Assembly: GCA_964654205.1 (NCBI GenBank)
Contig: CAZZHR010000001.1
Span: 1,953-65,952, forward strand
DNA: 64,000 nt
DNA from: an uncultured Candidatus Saccharibacteria bacterium
Lineage (GTDB): Bacteria; Patescibacteriota; Minisyncoccia; Phycocordibacterales; UBA2100
Reading direction: 5' to 3'
How positions within the stretch are numbered: the first letter of the stretch is position 1; every line of letters begins with the position of its first letter. Shown here piece after piece: positions 28,093 through 38,273 of this stretch. The notes under the pieces were generated by a model, which ran no database searches, was not told where the DNA came from, and saw nothing but the letters and a program-made list of their open reading frames with translations. A program made the translations under genes and the position numbers.

Positions 28093-29616
28093 TCAGATAT
28101 CGCGCTGGCGATACTGCAGCGCCTCGAGCATGTGAATCGGCTCGATGGTCTCGCTCTCCGTGAGGTCGGCTATCGTGCGCGCGAGCTTTATTGTGCGGTG
28201 GTAACCGCGCGCGGAGAGTTTCATCTGCCGCGCTGCGTGCATGAGCGTGTCCTCTGCTTTTGATGTGAGTCCCGCGAGTGACTCTATCTCTTTTGGACCC
28301 ATATCCGCATTGGTGGATACATCTTTGATTCCCTTGAATCGCTCACGCTGCTTCCCCCGTGCTCTCGCGATGCGTTCTCGTACGACCTTTGTCTGGTCGT
28401 CCGTCTGCTTTTTCTTTATCGCGAGGCTCTCCGGCGGCATTTCGCCGACCTGAACCCACATATCGATGCGGTCGGCGACAGGACCGGAGATTTTCCGCTT
28501 GTACTTGTCGATAATGTGGGGCATACACCGGCAATCGCGAGTACCGTATTTGCCGCACGGGCAGGGGTTGAGCGCCGCGACGAGCATAAAGTTGGCGGGA
28601 AAGGTCGCGCTGCCTCGCGCACGCGCGACGGAGACGTGCGCGTCCTCCAGGGGTTCGCGAAGTGCGTTGACCACATCGCGATGAAACTCTGGGAACTCGT
28701 CGAGGAAGAGAAGTCCGCGGTGCGCGAGCGTCACTTCGCCAGGGCGCGGAATCGTACCGCCGCCGATGAGCGATGCGTAACTTGAAGTGTGATGCGGTGC
28801 GCGAAACGGCGGACGACGCACGGGCTTGTCGCTCGTCCCCGCGAGCGAGTGAATCGCCGTCACTTCTATCACCTCATCTTCTGATAAGTCGGGGAGAAGC
28901 GAGGATGCGGTGCGCGCGAGCATCGTCTTCCCCGTCCCGGGCGGTCCCCAGAGCGCGATGTTGTGTCTCCCGGCCGCCGCTATTTCAAGACCGCGTTTCG
29001 CGCCCTCCTGGCCGCGGATGTCACTCAGTGAAACTTCCGATTCAGACCACGCCTCTTCCGGACTCCGCGCCACATACGGCTCGACCGTGAAATCCTCGGC
29101 GTCGTTGAGGTGACGAAGCACGTCGGAGAGCGTGTGCACCGGAAAAATGGAAATGCCGGACACGAGCGAGGCCTCCTCAGCATTTTCCTCGGGGATGAAA
29201 AGTTCTCCGAAGTTCTTCTCGCGTGCGAGCAGCGCGATCGAGAGCGCACCTCGCACAGGGCGTATCGTACCGTCGAGCGCGAGTTCTCCGGCGAAGAGTT
29301 TTCCAGTAGGATCAAAATCGAATTCTTCCGACGCGAGTAAGTATGAGAGTGCGACGGGAAGATCGAACGCGGCGCCTTCTTTCTTGAGCTCCGCTGGTGC
29401 GAGCGAAATAACAATCTTCTTGTTCGTGCTTTTGGGCGAGGTGAGTCCGCTGTTCTTTATCGCAGAGGCGACGCGATCGCGCGCTTCCTCGACAGCCTTG
29501 TCGGGGAGTCCCACGACTGAGAATGCGTGGAGACCGCGCGCGATGTCAGCTTCGACTGAAACGAGATGCGCAGAAGGCAGAGATGGTTGCGCACCATATA
29601 TGCGTGCGAAGTTCAT
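28093..29616 (-). CDS. comM: YifB/ComM family Mg-chelatase-like AAA+ ATPase (competence-associated)
   Basis: N-terminal Lon-like domain, Walker A LWGPPGTGKTML, C-terminal Mg-chelatase ChlI-like domain. Start at the internal ATG (MNFARIYGAQ...). Confidence 0.85.
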   Translation of the reverse strand: MNFARIYGAQPSLPSAHLVSVEADIARGLHAFSVVGLPDKAVEEARDRVASAIKNSGLTSPKSTNKKIVISLAPAELKKEGAAFDLPVALSYLLASEEFDFDPTGKLFAGELALDGTIRPVRGALSIALLAREKNFGELFIPEENAEEASLVSGISIFPVHTLSDVLRHLNDAEDFTVEPYVARSPEEAWSESEVSLSDIRGQEGAKRGLEIAAAGRHNIALWGPPGTGKTMLARTASSLLPDLSEDEVIEVTAIHSLAGTSDKPVRRPPFRAPHHTSSYASLIGGGTIPRPGEVTLAHRGLLFLDEFPEFHRDVVNALREPLEDAHVSVARARGSATFPANFMLVAALNPCPCGKYGTRDCRCMPHIIDKYKRKISGPVADRIDMWVQVGEMPPESLAIKKKQTDDQTKVVRERIARARGKQRERFKGIKDVSTNADMGPKEIESLAGLTSKAEDTLMHAARQMKLSARGYHRTIKLARTIADLTESETIEPIHMLEALQYRQRDI

Positions 29617-29781
29617 CCCGTTGGAGAGCACCCAGGAGTGAGGTCCCCAAGTGTTCGATTAGTGGAGCGGTACTCCGTGCTTGTAATCGCACATGACCCG
29701 CGATCTCTAACGGGGTTCATTGGCGCTCATTGTAGCAAGACGCGCGCCGTACGGCGCGCGTCTTGTGAGTATGTGTTCCTC

Positions 29782-30165
29782 CTAGGCTTCATCCGCGTGC
29801 TCGAGAAGCGTTCGGGCTGACGGATTCGCCTTGAGGCGCTCAAGCGGAATCGGCTCGTTGCTCACTTCGCAGATACCGTAGACACCCTCGTCCATTTTCT
29901 CCAGCGCATCCACGACGTCCCGATGACGCTCCTCGAGCTCTTCGACGAGTGGCACGTTTGTGGCGAGTTCCTCTATCTGGTCAGCCACATCGTTCGGATC
30001 TGCCTCTTCCCCCTCGAAGCCCGTGCCTGCGCCAGTCCAATCTCCCGTCTCATCCTGCACACGCCCGTGGCTTGAGAGCTCTTCTTCGAGCTCTTCTTTT
30101 TCGGACTCGAGCCGTGCGCGGAGTTCCTCGAGGTCTGCTTGGGCAATTTTCGGTACGTTGGCCAT
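29782..30165 (-). CDS. DksA/TraR-family C4-type zinc-finger protein (acidic, 127 aa)
   Basis: C-terminal ...GVYGICEVSNEPIPLERLKANPSARTL matches the DksA/TraR zinc-finger region; strongly acidic coiled-coil N-half. Confidence 0.55.
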   Translation of the reverse strand: MANVPKIAQADLEELRARLESEKEELEEELSSHGRVQDETGDWTGAGTGFEGEEADPNDVADQIEELATNVPLVEELEERHRDVVDALEKMDEGVYGICEVSNEPIPLERLKANPSARTLLEHADEA

Positions 30166-30251
30166 AGGTGTACAGATTAGTGATGGTACGTGTTAAAGAT
30201 GTGCTTTCGATGAGCGAACGCACGCATGATACATGAGAGAATCGGCTCTCG

Positions 30252-31412
30252 CTAGAGTTGCCTTTGCGCCTGGAGACGCGAAAGCAGTTCCGTGAACGTA
30301 TACGGACTCTCCGCGATGATGAGAATGTTTCTCGTGGGGAATGAATAGTAGAGCGCTATTGCACCGCTGTCGTCGGTAAGAGCACGGACGTCGTAGTTGC
30401 GCATCACGACGTCGCTAAACGCGCGCGTCTGCACGAGTCCATCGTCTCCCACCGTGAGGTCTGGCACACGAACGAACACGGGAGCGAGCTCCGCATTGAT
30501 GGAGTCTTCCCAGGCAAGCATACCGGCGAAAGCGCGGTCGTACGAAAGTACGGGGATGACGAGAAGCGGCGCGTTCTTGTCGACTGTGTGCAAACCGAAA
30601 AAGTAGTCTGGCGCGAGCGCTCGCACAAGTTCTTCGGGCGGACGCGCGCCAAGTGCCGAGAAAAATTCCTGCAGTGTCGCGATTCGTGTGACCTCTCCTT
30701 CGGGCGTGAAATTTGTTGACAGTGGTGCGATACGGGTAATGGAACCGAGCGATGCGCTAGATCCGTTGCGTGCTTCCGCGAGCACGCTCTTCAGCTGCGT
30801 GGGAGATTGGCCGTCGAGCGGAAGCGAGACAGTCTGTTCTGCGAAAACGAGTGAAGTTGTCGGCTGCTCCGGGAGCGGGGCGACTCGCCCTTGTACGACG
30901 AGGTACACACCTCCGAGCGCCGCGCTTCCGAGAAAGAGCAACAACAGGCCTGCGAAGACTACGTTTTTTGCGGTGCTCGACCGCTTGGTGGTCGCGAACA
31001 CTGGGGGCTTCGCCTTGTCTTGCTCGAGCGCAGCGGCCTTTACGATAGATATCTTTTGATCGTGCACGACCTGCTGAAGATCCTGCTTTATCGTGCGCAT
31101 GCTCTGCACAGCATCCTTCGGAGGCGGCGCGGACGGTGCTGCGTGTCCCTGGTCCTCCTCGGGCATCGGCTGAACCTGTAGGAGTGCGTTGATATCGGTT
31201 TGAGTCACTTGTTTTTTGTGTGGCTGCTCCACGTCACGGCGTTCTGGCAACTTCGCATCTTGGAGTATTTTCGCTACGTCCTCTCGGATCGGGACGGACG
31301 CGGGCGCACCCTGCTGAGAGGGTGCGCCCGTCGGATGTGCCGGAGAGGCCTGAGGAGGCTGAAAATTAGATGCGTCTGCGCGGTCTGTCTTCCCTTCCAT
31401 CTCGTCTACCAT
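30252..31412 (-). CDS. hypothetical bitopic membrane protein with Pro/Gln-rich N-terminal region
   Basis: Single central TM (VVFAGLLLLFLGSAALGGVYLVV). Start uncertain; set to the internal ATG to limit overlap with pnp. Confidence 0.4.
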   Translation of the reverse strand: MVDEMEGKTDRADASNFQPPQASPAHPTGAPSQQGAPASVPIREDVAKILQDAKLPERRDVEQPHKKQVTQTDINALLQVQPMPEEDQGHAAPSAPPPKDAVQSMRTIKQDLQQVVHDQKISIVKAAALEQDKAKPPVFATTKRSSTAKNVVFAGLLLLFLGSAALGGVYLVVQGRVAPLPEQPTTSLVFAEQTVSLPLDGQSPTQLKSVLAEARNGSSASLGSITRIAPLSTNFTPEGEVTRIATLQEFFSALGARPPEELVRALAPDYFFGLHTVDKNAPLLVIPVLSYDRAFAGMLAWEDSINAELAPVFVRVPDLTVGDDGLVQTRAFSDVVMRNYDVRALTDDSGAIALYYSFPTRNILIIAESPYTFTELLSRLQAQRQL

Positions 31413-33546
31413 GGTTATCTGAGCCCTGTGCCGGGGTAAGGCCTTTCTTCGTGGCCCACTCCGGATCAGCTGCTTTGATAGAGAGATTATAGCGTCCTTT
31501 CTCGTCGATTTCCTTGAGTACAACCGGAACAACGTCGCCGATTTTCACCGCGTCCGCAATCGATGCGATGCGGAACGGCGCGACTTCGGAGACGTGGACG
31601 AGGCCATCGGTGTTCGGGCCAATCTTCACGAATGCGCCGAAGTCCATCATGCGCACTACTTCGCCTTCGAACGTGTCCCCCACCATGTATTCACGGGTGA
31701 GGTCGACGATTTCTTTCATCGCGGCTTCCGCAGCGCCATTGCGACCAGTGACGTACACTGTGCCGTCATCCTCAATCGTAATGTCGTCGGCCTTGGTGCG
31801 TTCGCGAATGCCGTTGATTGTCTTGCCACCGGGACCGATGACGAGGCCTATCTGGTCGACTTTCACCTTCGTTGTGAGAATCTTCGGCGCGCGAACGCTG
31901 ATATCCGCTCGCGGCTCGGGAATTGCTTTGAGAATGACGTCGAGAATCTGGAGGCGCGCCTTTTTTGCCTGCTCGAAAGCTTGCGCGAGCACGTTGAGCG
32001 GCACACCCTCAACTTTCACGTCCATCTGCACCGCGGTTACACCTTCGGATGTGCCAGCGACCTTGAAGTCCATGTCGCCATGGTGGTCTTCGGGGCCCTG
32101 GATGTCGGTCAGCACCTTAAAGACGCCGGACTTTGCATCCGACATCATGCCCATCGCGATGCCGGCGACAGGGCGCGTGATGGGAACGCCAGCGTCCATG
32201 AGCGCGAGCGTACCTGCACACACTGTACCCATTGAGGTTGAGCCGTTGGACGCGAGGCACTCGGATACGATGCGCACCGTGTACGGAAAGATGTCCTTTT
32301 TCGGTTGTACTGCGCGGAGCGCTTTTTCCGCGAGCGCACCGTGTCCTGTCATGCGACGGTTCATGCCACCCACCCGGCCAGTCTCGCCCACGGAAAATGG
32401 TGGGAAGTTGTAGTGAAGCATGAATGCCTTCTTGGTGTCCTGATACTCAATCGTGTCGATGAGCTGCGCATCGCCGGGGCCGCCGAGTGTGAGCGCCGCG
32501 AGCACGTGCGTCTCGCCGCGGTAAAAGAGACCGCTGCCGTGAATGACCGGCGAGAGGCCACCCGCTTGGGCGTAGAGCGGCCGTATCTCATCCATCGCGC
32601 GGCCATCGACACGCTTGCCTTCTTTGATGGCGAGCTCGTGTACGTACTCGTCTACTGCGTGCTCATAGTGCGCATCAAAGCGCGCAGGGGGCACGTCGGG
32701 AAGTCGCTCCTTTGCCGTCTTCATCCATTCCGATTTGAAATCATTGATGTGGTGTTTGGTGAGTGCGCCCTTAGTCTCGAGGAGTTTCGGTGTGACGGTC
32801 TCTTCGAAGAGTGCGACGACTTCGGCCGGTGTCTCTGGTGGCGTGTATGGCATTTTCTCCTTGCCGATTTCAGACGCAATCTGCTTCTGCCATGCCTGTA
32901 TTTTCTCGATTTCTTCAGACGCCTTCGCGAGCGCTTTCTCGAGTGTGCTTTCGCTCACTTCGTTCGCACCAACCTCAATCATGTTGATGAGGCCATCCTT
33001 ACCGCACGCGAGGAGATCCATGCGCATTCCTTCGGCCTCACGCTCTTTGTACGTGGGGTTCACGATGAATGAATCTGCTTCGGGTCCAAGCTCGACGCGC
33101 ACCGCCGATGCCGGTCCGTTCCACGGGATGTCAGAGCACGCGAGTGCGAGCGATGCTGCATTAATCGCGAGGACGTCGGTGTCGTAGTCCTCTATCGAGA
33201 GCACGGTGATGATGACCTGCACTTCGCGCTTCATCCCCTTGGGGAAGAGCGGGCGAATCGTGCGGTCGACCATGCGGCCTGAGAGAATTGCCTCGTCGGA
33301 GGGCCTCCCCTCGCGGCGCATAAAGCGGCTGCCGAGAATCGCACCTGCTGCGTAAAACTTCTCTTCGTACTCGACAGAGAGCGGGAAGTAATCCTTGTCG
33401 CTCTCGCGGCCGAGGACCACTGTCGCGAGGACGGCGCTGTTCCCCAGTCGCATCAAGACCGACCCATTCGTCTGGTTAGCCCAGTCGTTGAATTCAGCTG
33501 TTAAAGTCTGTCCCCCGATAGGGAGAGAAAATTCTTTCTTCTGCAT
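31366..33546 (-). CDS. pnp: polynucleotide phosphorylase
   Basis: 726 aa; two RNase PH-like domains, KH (GPGGKTINGI) and S1 domains; basic R/D-rich C-terminal tail. Confidence 0.9.
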   Translation of the reverse strand: MQKKEFSLPIGGQTLTAEFNDWANQTNGSVLMRLGNSAVLATVVLGRESDKDYFPLSVEYEEKFYAAGAILGSRFMRREGRPSDEAILSGRMVDRTIRPLFPKGMKREVQVIITVLSIEDYDTDVLAINAASLALACSDIPWNGPASAVRVELGPEADSFIVNPTYKEREAEGMRMDLLACGKDGLINMIEVGANEVSESTLEKALAKASEEIEKIQAWQKQIASEIGKEKMPYTPPETPAEVVALFEETVTPKLLETKGALTKHHINDFKSEWMKTAKERLPDVPPARFDAHYEHAVDEYVHELAIKEGKRVDGRAMDEIRPLYAQAGGLSPVIHGSGLFYRGETHVLAALTLGGPGDAQLIDTIEYQDTKKAFMLHYNFPPFSVGETGRVGGMNRRMTGHGALAEKALRAVQPKKDIFPYTVRIVSECLASNGSTSMGTVCAGTLALMDAGVPITRPVAGIAMGMMSDAKSGVFKVLTDIQGPEDHHGDMDFKVAGTSEGVTAVQMDVKVEGVPLNVLAQAFEQAKKARLQILDVILKAIPEPRADISVRAPKILTTKVKVDQIGLVIGPGGKTINGIRERTKADDITIEDDGTVYVTGRNGAAEAAMKEIVDLTREYMVGDTFEGEVVRMMDFGAFVKIGPNTDGLVHVSEVAPFRIASIADAVKIGDVVPVVLKEIDEKGRYNLSIKAADPEWATKKGLTPAQGSDNHGRRDGREDRPRRRI

Positions 33547-33823
33547 TTGCTTGAGTGATGTGCGGACTTGCCCCGTCGTGAGTCCAGCTTCCCCGGAGAA
33601 ATCTCAATTCCTGATTGCGTTGCCCGATGCGAACGGACGACAGAATCAAAAATTGAGGACTCTACTACGGGGTTTCAGTCGCCTACTTCGAAACCCATCA
33701 ACGCACCACAATTAATACTAAGAGCTCCACTATGCCATATGCTGATATGTTTCGCCACGAACCCAGCATAACGGCCGACTGGAAAGTCGGCCGTTCCTGT
33801 TTCCTCATTGCCGTAGCGAATCT

Positions 33824-34438
33824 TTATTCGACGCCGGTTATCTTCGAGATGTCGCGGATTTGATTCTGCACGTCTTTTTCCGACGTGTCTGCGGGCGCCG
33901 TCATTGCTCGGGGGCGACGCGCACCGGCACGGTAGTTGAGAAGGTATCGTTTCGGGTCTTGATCGAGGTCGAGGAAGTGATCGGCATGCTCCTTAAGCCG
34001 GCTCGAAGTCGAGCGGCCAAAAGATACCACTTCCACCTGGCAACCCGCGTGCGTGCGGAGGTACTCGACGAGCGGGATGAAGTCGCCGTCCCCGGTGAAA
34101 AGTATCACCGTGTCGAGCTTGGGGGCCATCGTGATCGCGTCGACCGCCATACCGACGTCCCAATCAGCCTTTTTCGCGCCGCCGAAGAAAACTTGGAGGT
34201 CTTTCGTGCGCGTCTCGATGCCGATTTTCGCGAGCGCTTCGAAAAAACCCTTTTCTTCGCCGCTCTCCGTGGTGACCACGTAGGCGCGAGCGCGAATGAG
34301 TCGGCGTCCTGCGACGGCATCTTTGAGGAGATTGCCGAAGTTTACACGCGCGTGATAGAGATTCTTTGCGCTGTGATAGAGATTTTGCGTGTCGATAAAG
34401 ACTCCGACGCGCTGCTCTGGGTGTTTAATAATAGCCAT
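33824..34438 (-). CDS. NYN-domain (LabA-like) predicted RNase
   Basis: VGVFIDTQNLYHSAK ... TGDGDFIPLVEYLR matches PIN-like NYN/LabA motifs. Start moved to the internal ATG (MAIIKHPEQ...). Confidence 0.7.
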   Translation of the reverse strand: MAIIKHPEQRVGVFIDTQNLYHSAKNLYHARVNFGNLLKDAVAGRRLIRARAYVVTTESGEEKGFFEALAKIGIETRTKDLQVFFGGAKKADWDVGMAVDAITMAPKLDTVILFTGDGDFIPLVEYLRTHAGCQVEVVSFGRSTSSRLKEHADHFLDLDQDPKRYLLNYRAGARRPRAMTAPADTSEKDVQNQIRDISKITGVE

Positions 34439-34570
34439 AAAGAATAGCTTGTAGCTTATAGTTGTTAGCTTATAGAAAAATACGCATACTTTGTAAAAGA
34501 CTTCGACCAGTCTAGCTCCGAAGCGATACGCAGGCAAAACTCCTGCAAGCTGCCAGCTTCAAGCTGATAG

Positions 34571-34837
34571 CTATTTTTTGAGGCCGAGTTTCTTGACGAG
34601 CGTGCCGTATGCGCGCTTGTTCGTCTCCTCAAGATACTTGAGGTGCCTGCGGCGGTCTGCAACGAGACCCAAAAGCCCGCGGCGAGAGTGCGTATCCTTG
34701 CGATTCTTATCCAAATGAGCGGACAGCTCTTCAATGCGGCGCGTCAAAATAGCCACCTGCACCTCCGGAGAGCCAGTATCCGTGTCGTGCCGGCGCGTCT
34801 TGCCTATCTCATTCTGCTTCTTACGCTTCGTGAGCAT
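34571..34837 (-). CDS. rpsO: 30S ribosomal protein S15
   Basis: MLTKRKKQNEIGKTRRHDTDTGSPEVQVAILTRRIEELSAHLDKNRKDTHSRRGLLGLV... is a clear S15; ATG at 34837. Confidence 0.9.
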   Translation of the reverse strand: MLTKRKKQNEIGKTRRHDTDTGSPEVQVAILTRRIEELSAHLDKNRKDTHSRRGLLGLVADRRRHLKYLEETNKRAYGTLVKKLGLKK

Positions 34838-34951
34838 GGCAAAAGGATAGCACAACAAAGCCATATTTGCAAGGCCTCACCGTATGAAGACTCTCTCATG
34901 GGACGAGCACAACCTTCTCCTTGGGAGGGCGAAAGTGGCTCAAAACAAGGA

Positions 34952-35449
34952 TTATTCGGTGATTGTTGCAGTCGGCTGCTTCACTGATACGAGGCGGACG
35001 TTGAAGATTATCGTCGAGTTGGCCGGGATAATGACCTTCCCCGAAGCATCCTTTATCTCCTGGGCGCCGTATCCCAAGGACGGCGGAATAGCGATGAGGC
35101 GCTCGCCGCCCTCCTTCATACCGTTGACGCCAATTTGGAAGCCCGGAATCATACCCTCATTGCCCAAGATAAAGGTGAGCGGCTCGTTGCCGTGTGCGGC
35201 GGAGCTGTCGAAGACCGTGCCGTCTGGGAGTTGTCCCACATAGAGCACAGACACCTCCGAGCCGGGCACAGCCTGCGCGCCGGTGCCCTCTGTTACCTCC
35301 TGCGCCTGTACCTGATCCGACGTTTGCTGCTGATTCTCTTGGTTCGCTTGATCACCAGTTGATGGGGTACTGCTCATAGATGCGTAAATAAAGTATCCAC
35401 CGATGGCGAGCGCGCCGATTACAACTGCGCCGATTAGGTATTTCATCAT
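34952..35449 (-). CDS. FKBP-type peptidyl-prolyl cis-trans isomerase, membrane-anchored
   Basis: N-terminal TM (MMKYLIGAVVIGALAIGGYFIYA) then an FKBP domain (VLYVGQLPDGTVFDSS...GMKEGGERLIAIPPSLGYG). Confidence 0.75.
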   Translation of the reverse strand: MMKYLIGAVVIGALAIGGYFIYASMSSTPSTGDQANQENQQQTSDQVQAQEVTEGTGAQAVPGSEVSVLYVGQLPDGTVFDSSAAHGNEPLTFILGNEGMIPGFQIGVNGMKEGGERLIAIPPSLGYGAQEIKDASGKVIIPANSTIIFNVRLVSVKQPTATITE

Positions 35450-35608
35450 ACCGATAGAATACAGCCTTGCTGAGATGCTGCAAGCGTGTGGACGGTCGAT
35501 ATTGGTACAGTGGCGCCATGAGGATCGCCTACCTGCTTTCTGCGGGGACAAGTGCGCCCGTCGCGACCCCTCTCAAAGGAAGGGGAGGCTTGAGGCCTCC
35601 CCTGGATT

Positions 35609-35920
35609 CTAGGCGAGCTCCCGTGCGGCGCTCGGACTGAATTCGTTGCCCCCGCTCTCAACGCGCTTCCCAGTGCGCTGCTCGAAGTAGAGCTTCGGGA
35701 GCGCGTACGATGTGACTGGATTCGTAGCTGAGGCGAGGTCGCGAATCGCAAAGAGCAGCTCGGGCGTCGGACGCTCGAAGCCGGCGTCCTGAGCAGCTTT
35801 CTGCAAAACGCCGACGAAGTCTCGCCCGCAGACTGGGAGTGTGGGGACGACTCCGCCATTGAGCGCGAGTACGCCGCGCGCCGCTCCGTTCATCTTTTTT
35901 CGAAACAACTCGAATTCCAT
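35609..35920 (-). CDS. hypothetical small protein (103 aa)
   Basis: Internal ATG preceded by a strong Shine-Dalgarno site (AAAGGAGG + 4 nt). No recognised family. Confidence 0.45.
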   Translation of the reverse strand: MEFELFRKKMNGAARGVLALNGGVVPTLPVCGRDFVGVLQKAAQDAGFERPTPELLFAIRDLASATNPVTSYALPKLYFEQRTGKRVESGGNEFSPSAARELA

Positions 35921-36024
35921 GACGCCTCCTTTCAGTGGATACGATGAATGTCCCGCAGGAAGTATATTCCACCTCCGAGCCCGATGCCGCACGTGAGCGC
36001 GCATAACCTGTGGATTTTTTTGTA

Positions 36025-38121
36025 TCAGGATGAATCACGTTCGGGAAGAATGATATTCCACAAGAACGAGAACAGGTTCTTGAGTTCTTTTGCGCCGTTG
36101 GTCACTACGAGCTCGAGGAACGACGGTCCCGATGGACGGTCTTCTCGGGGTTCGGGGACTGGAATGACATTGGGGTACACCTTTGCGCCGTCGACACGTG
36201 CGACCCGGGGTACGGTGGGAGTGCGTTCGAACACCCACGCGGGACCTTGTCTAACTACATTGTCGAAAACGTGCGGGCTCGGTACGGGCGGTTGTGAAAC
36301 AATTCTCTCGCCGGCCGAAGGATCTGTGGCGACGGGGCGAGTTGGTGCACTCGTGCCCGGAACATCGGCGGACGCATCGCCGAACGAGGGATTGGCGGCT
36401 GTCGGCAGCGGGAGCACGCGTTCCGCAGGTCTTCGCGTTTCCACAACTTTCTTGTCGGGTTGAATGCGCGCGAAGAACTTTCGAATGGCGTCGATAGACC
36501 CCTGCCCTATCACTTCGAGGAGCTCCGGTATTGGCACGGCGAAAAAGTTTTCGACTATCGAGACAGTGCGCCTGTCCGATGTCGCGATTCGGAAGTCTGC
36601 AGTGTGTATTGGCGTGGAAGTGGGCGTGAGCGCAAACGTTTGCTTTGCGACATCGGGCGCCGCCGCATCCTCCGGGAGCAGCGCGCCGACGTTCGATTGC
36701 GAGACGCCCGGCGCGCCTGTCTGCACGTGCGTCGATGAAACGCTGTTGCCCGAAATCGGCGTTGGCATCGGGGCACCATCAGCAAATTCACGCGCGAGCT
36801 GTTGAAGTACGTCGGTGCGCACGAGACTGCCGACAGTGCGCGTCTCACCCTCGCCGAGCGGGAATGTCGAGAAACGTGTACTCGATGTTGCGTTGATGAC
36901 GTAGTTTTCCGAGAGTGTGGGTACGAACACGAGTTGCTGAGTCGGCTGCTGCAGTTGTGGCGTCTGCACGACCACGATGACTGGCGGTGAAACAGGCCGC
37001 GTGGTTTGTACGATAGTATCGTGCGCGGGGGGTTGTCGGATCACGACGGCGTCCGCAACTCGCGCAATTGAGGACACGAGTGAGCCGAAGAGGGACTGCG
37101 ATCCGAACGTGCGGTCGATGGTGCTTCGGAAAAAAGATGGTCGCGATGCACTCGGCGGTTGCGGCTGCTGCGGCAATTGCGGACGCGGATTCGAGATGCT
37201 GCCGGGCTGCAAGACGGGATTGGGTGTAGCGCCCGGCCGGAATGTGTTCTGCAGCGTCGGCGACGGCGAGGGTGCAGCGATAGGGCCGGTGGGGAATGCG
37301 GGTCTCGGTACGCCGGTAGGTAAGGTGGGTACGGGACCGGTATTAAGCGGAGAGCCGGGAGCGATGCTTTGGGACAGTCCAGGATTGAGTCCGAACCTCT
37401 GTGATTGTTGTCCCGGCGTAGGGACATTAGAAACCGCGGGAGCCGTTCCTTGTCCTGAAAAATTCTCAAGTCTATCTATAGAATTGGGCGCAGAACGAGA
37501 TGCAGCAACCGCTGCGCGGATATCCGCTGGCGAACCTTGGGCGTTCGTACCGAGCGCTTCGTTAGTGATGTGGCTACCGGGCATGCTTCCTACCGATGGT
37601 GTCTGTGCGGGCTGTTGACCCAGCTGACTTGCTGCCGATCCAATTGGAGAGGCGTCCGATTGTACGGTACGAACAGACGCTTCACGTATGTTGTCCGGTG
37701 TCTTGCAGTCTTGCCATGCGCCATTGATTCGGCACTTGGCACCAGCTGCCTTTTCATTGCAGTCATTTGGTGCGACGCATGAGGAAATCACAAGTGGGCC
37801 CTCGCATTTTTTCCCATACAAATTTCGATATATACGATTGTTTTCTACGTACGTAGTGTTCTGTGGTTTATCCGCCCGATACACCTCTTGTATCCCGCCG
37901 CGACTCTGCGGCTCGGGGCACTCTTTGTTTGCAATGTCTGGCGAAACGATACTCGACGCGCTAGGCAAGGTCGCACCAGACCCGAACGAACTAGATGGCA
38001 ATCCTACTGTCGGGTTTGTGGCGGCCACCAAAGAGATGGCGTTACTGTCATTTGGTGCAGAGTAGTGAACGGCAAGTGAAAGGCTCGCAACGAGAAGAGC
38101 GGCTCCGAGGTACGGCATCAC
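36025..38121 (-). CDS. large secreted Pro-rich hypothetical protein (698 aa)
   Basis: Signal peptide MMPYLGAALLVASLSLAVHYSA; long P/S/G/T-rich low-complexity central region; Cys-rich segment near the N-terminus. Confidence 0.5.
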   Translation of the reverse strand: MMPYLGAALLVASLSLAVHYSAPNDSNAISLVAATNPTVGLPSSSFGSGATLPSASSIVSPDIANKECPEPQSRGGIQEVYRADKPQNTTYVENNRIYRNLYGKKCEGPLVISSCVAPNDCNEKAAGAKCRINGAWQDCKTPDNIREASVRTVQSDASPIGSAASQLGQQPAQTPSVGSMPGSHITNEALGTNAQGSPADIRAAVAASRSAPNSIDRLENFSGQGTAPAVSNVPTPGQQSQRFGLNPGLSQSIAPGSPLNTGPVPTLPTGVPRPAFPTGPIAAPSPSPTLQNTFRPGATPNPVLQPGSISNPRPQLPQQPQPPSASRPSFFRSTIDRTFGSQSLFGSLVSSIARVADAVVIRQPPAHDTIVQTTRPVSPPVIVVVQTPQLQQPTQQLVFVPTLSENYVINATSSTRFSTFPLGEGETRTVGSLVRTDVLQQLAREFADGAPMPTPISGNSVSSTHVQTGAPGVSQSNVGALLPEDAAAPDVAKQTFALTPTSTPIHTADFRIATSDRRTVSIVENFFAVPIPELLEVIGQGSIDAIRKFFARIQPDKKVVETRRPAERVLPLPTAANPSFGDASADVPGTSAPTRPVATDPSAGERIVSQPPVPSPHVFDNVVRQGPAWVFERTPTVPRVARVDGAKVYPNVIPVPEPREDRPSGPSFLELVVTNGAKELKNLFSFLWNIILPERDSS

Positions 38122-38195
38122 TGAATGATAACTATGTATTGTGCGACCAGAGGCAGAGTTAGTAGGAATTTGTGAACAGTGATATACACAAGTAC

Positions 38196-38224
38196 TTGCT
38201 CTCGTCTAGAATATGTGATATAAT
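38196..38224 (+). promoter_or_regulatory. sigma-70-type promoter (-35 TTGCTC, 17 nt, -10 TATAAT) for the downstream secreted-protein gene
   Basis: TTGCTC at 38196-38201 and TATAAT at 38219-38224 in an AT-rich island; AGGAGGG Shine-Dalgarno before the ATG at 38274. Confidence 0.5.
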
Positions 38225-38273
38225 GAAGTAAGAATGAAGTGCCGCATTCGCGGGACTCGCAGGAGGGCAAAAG

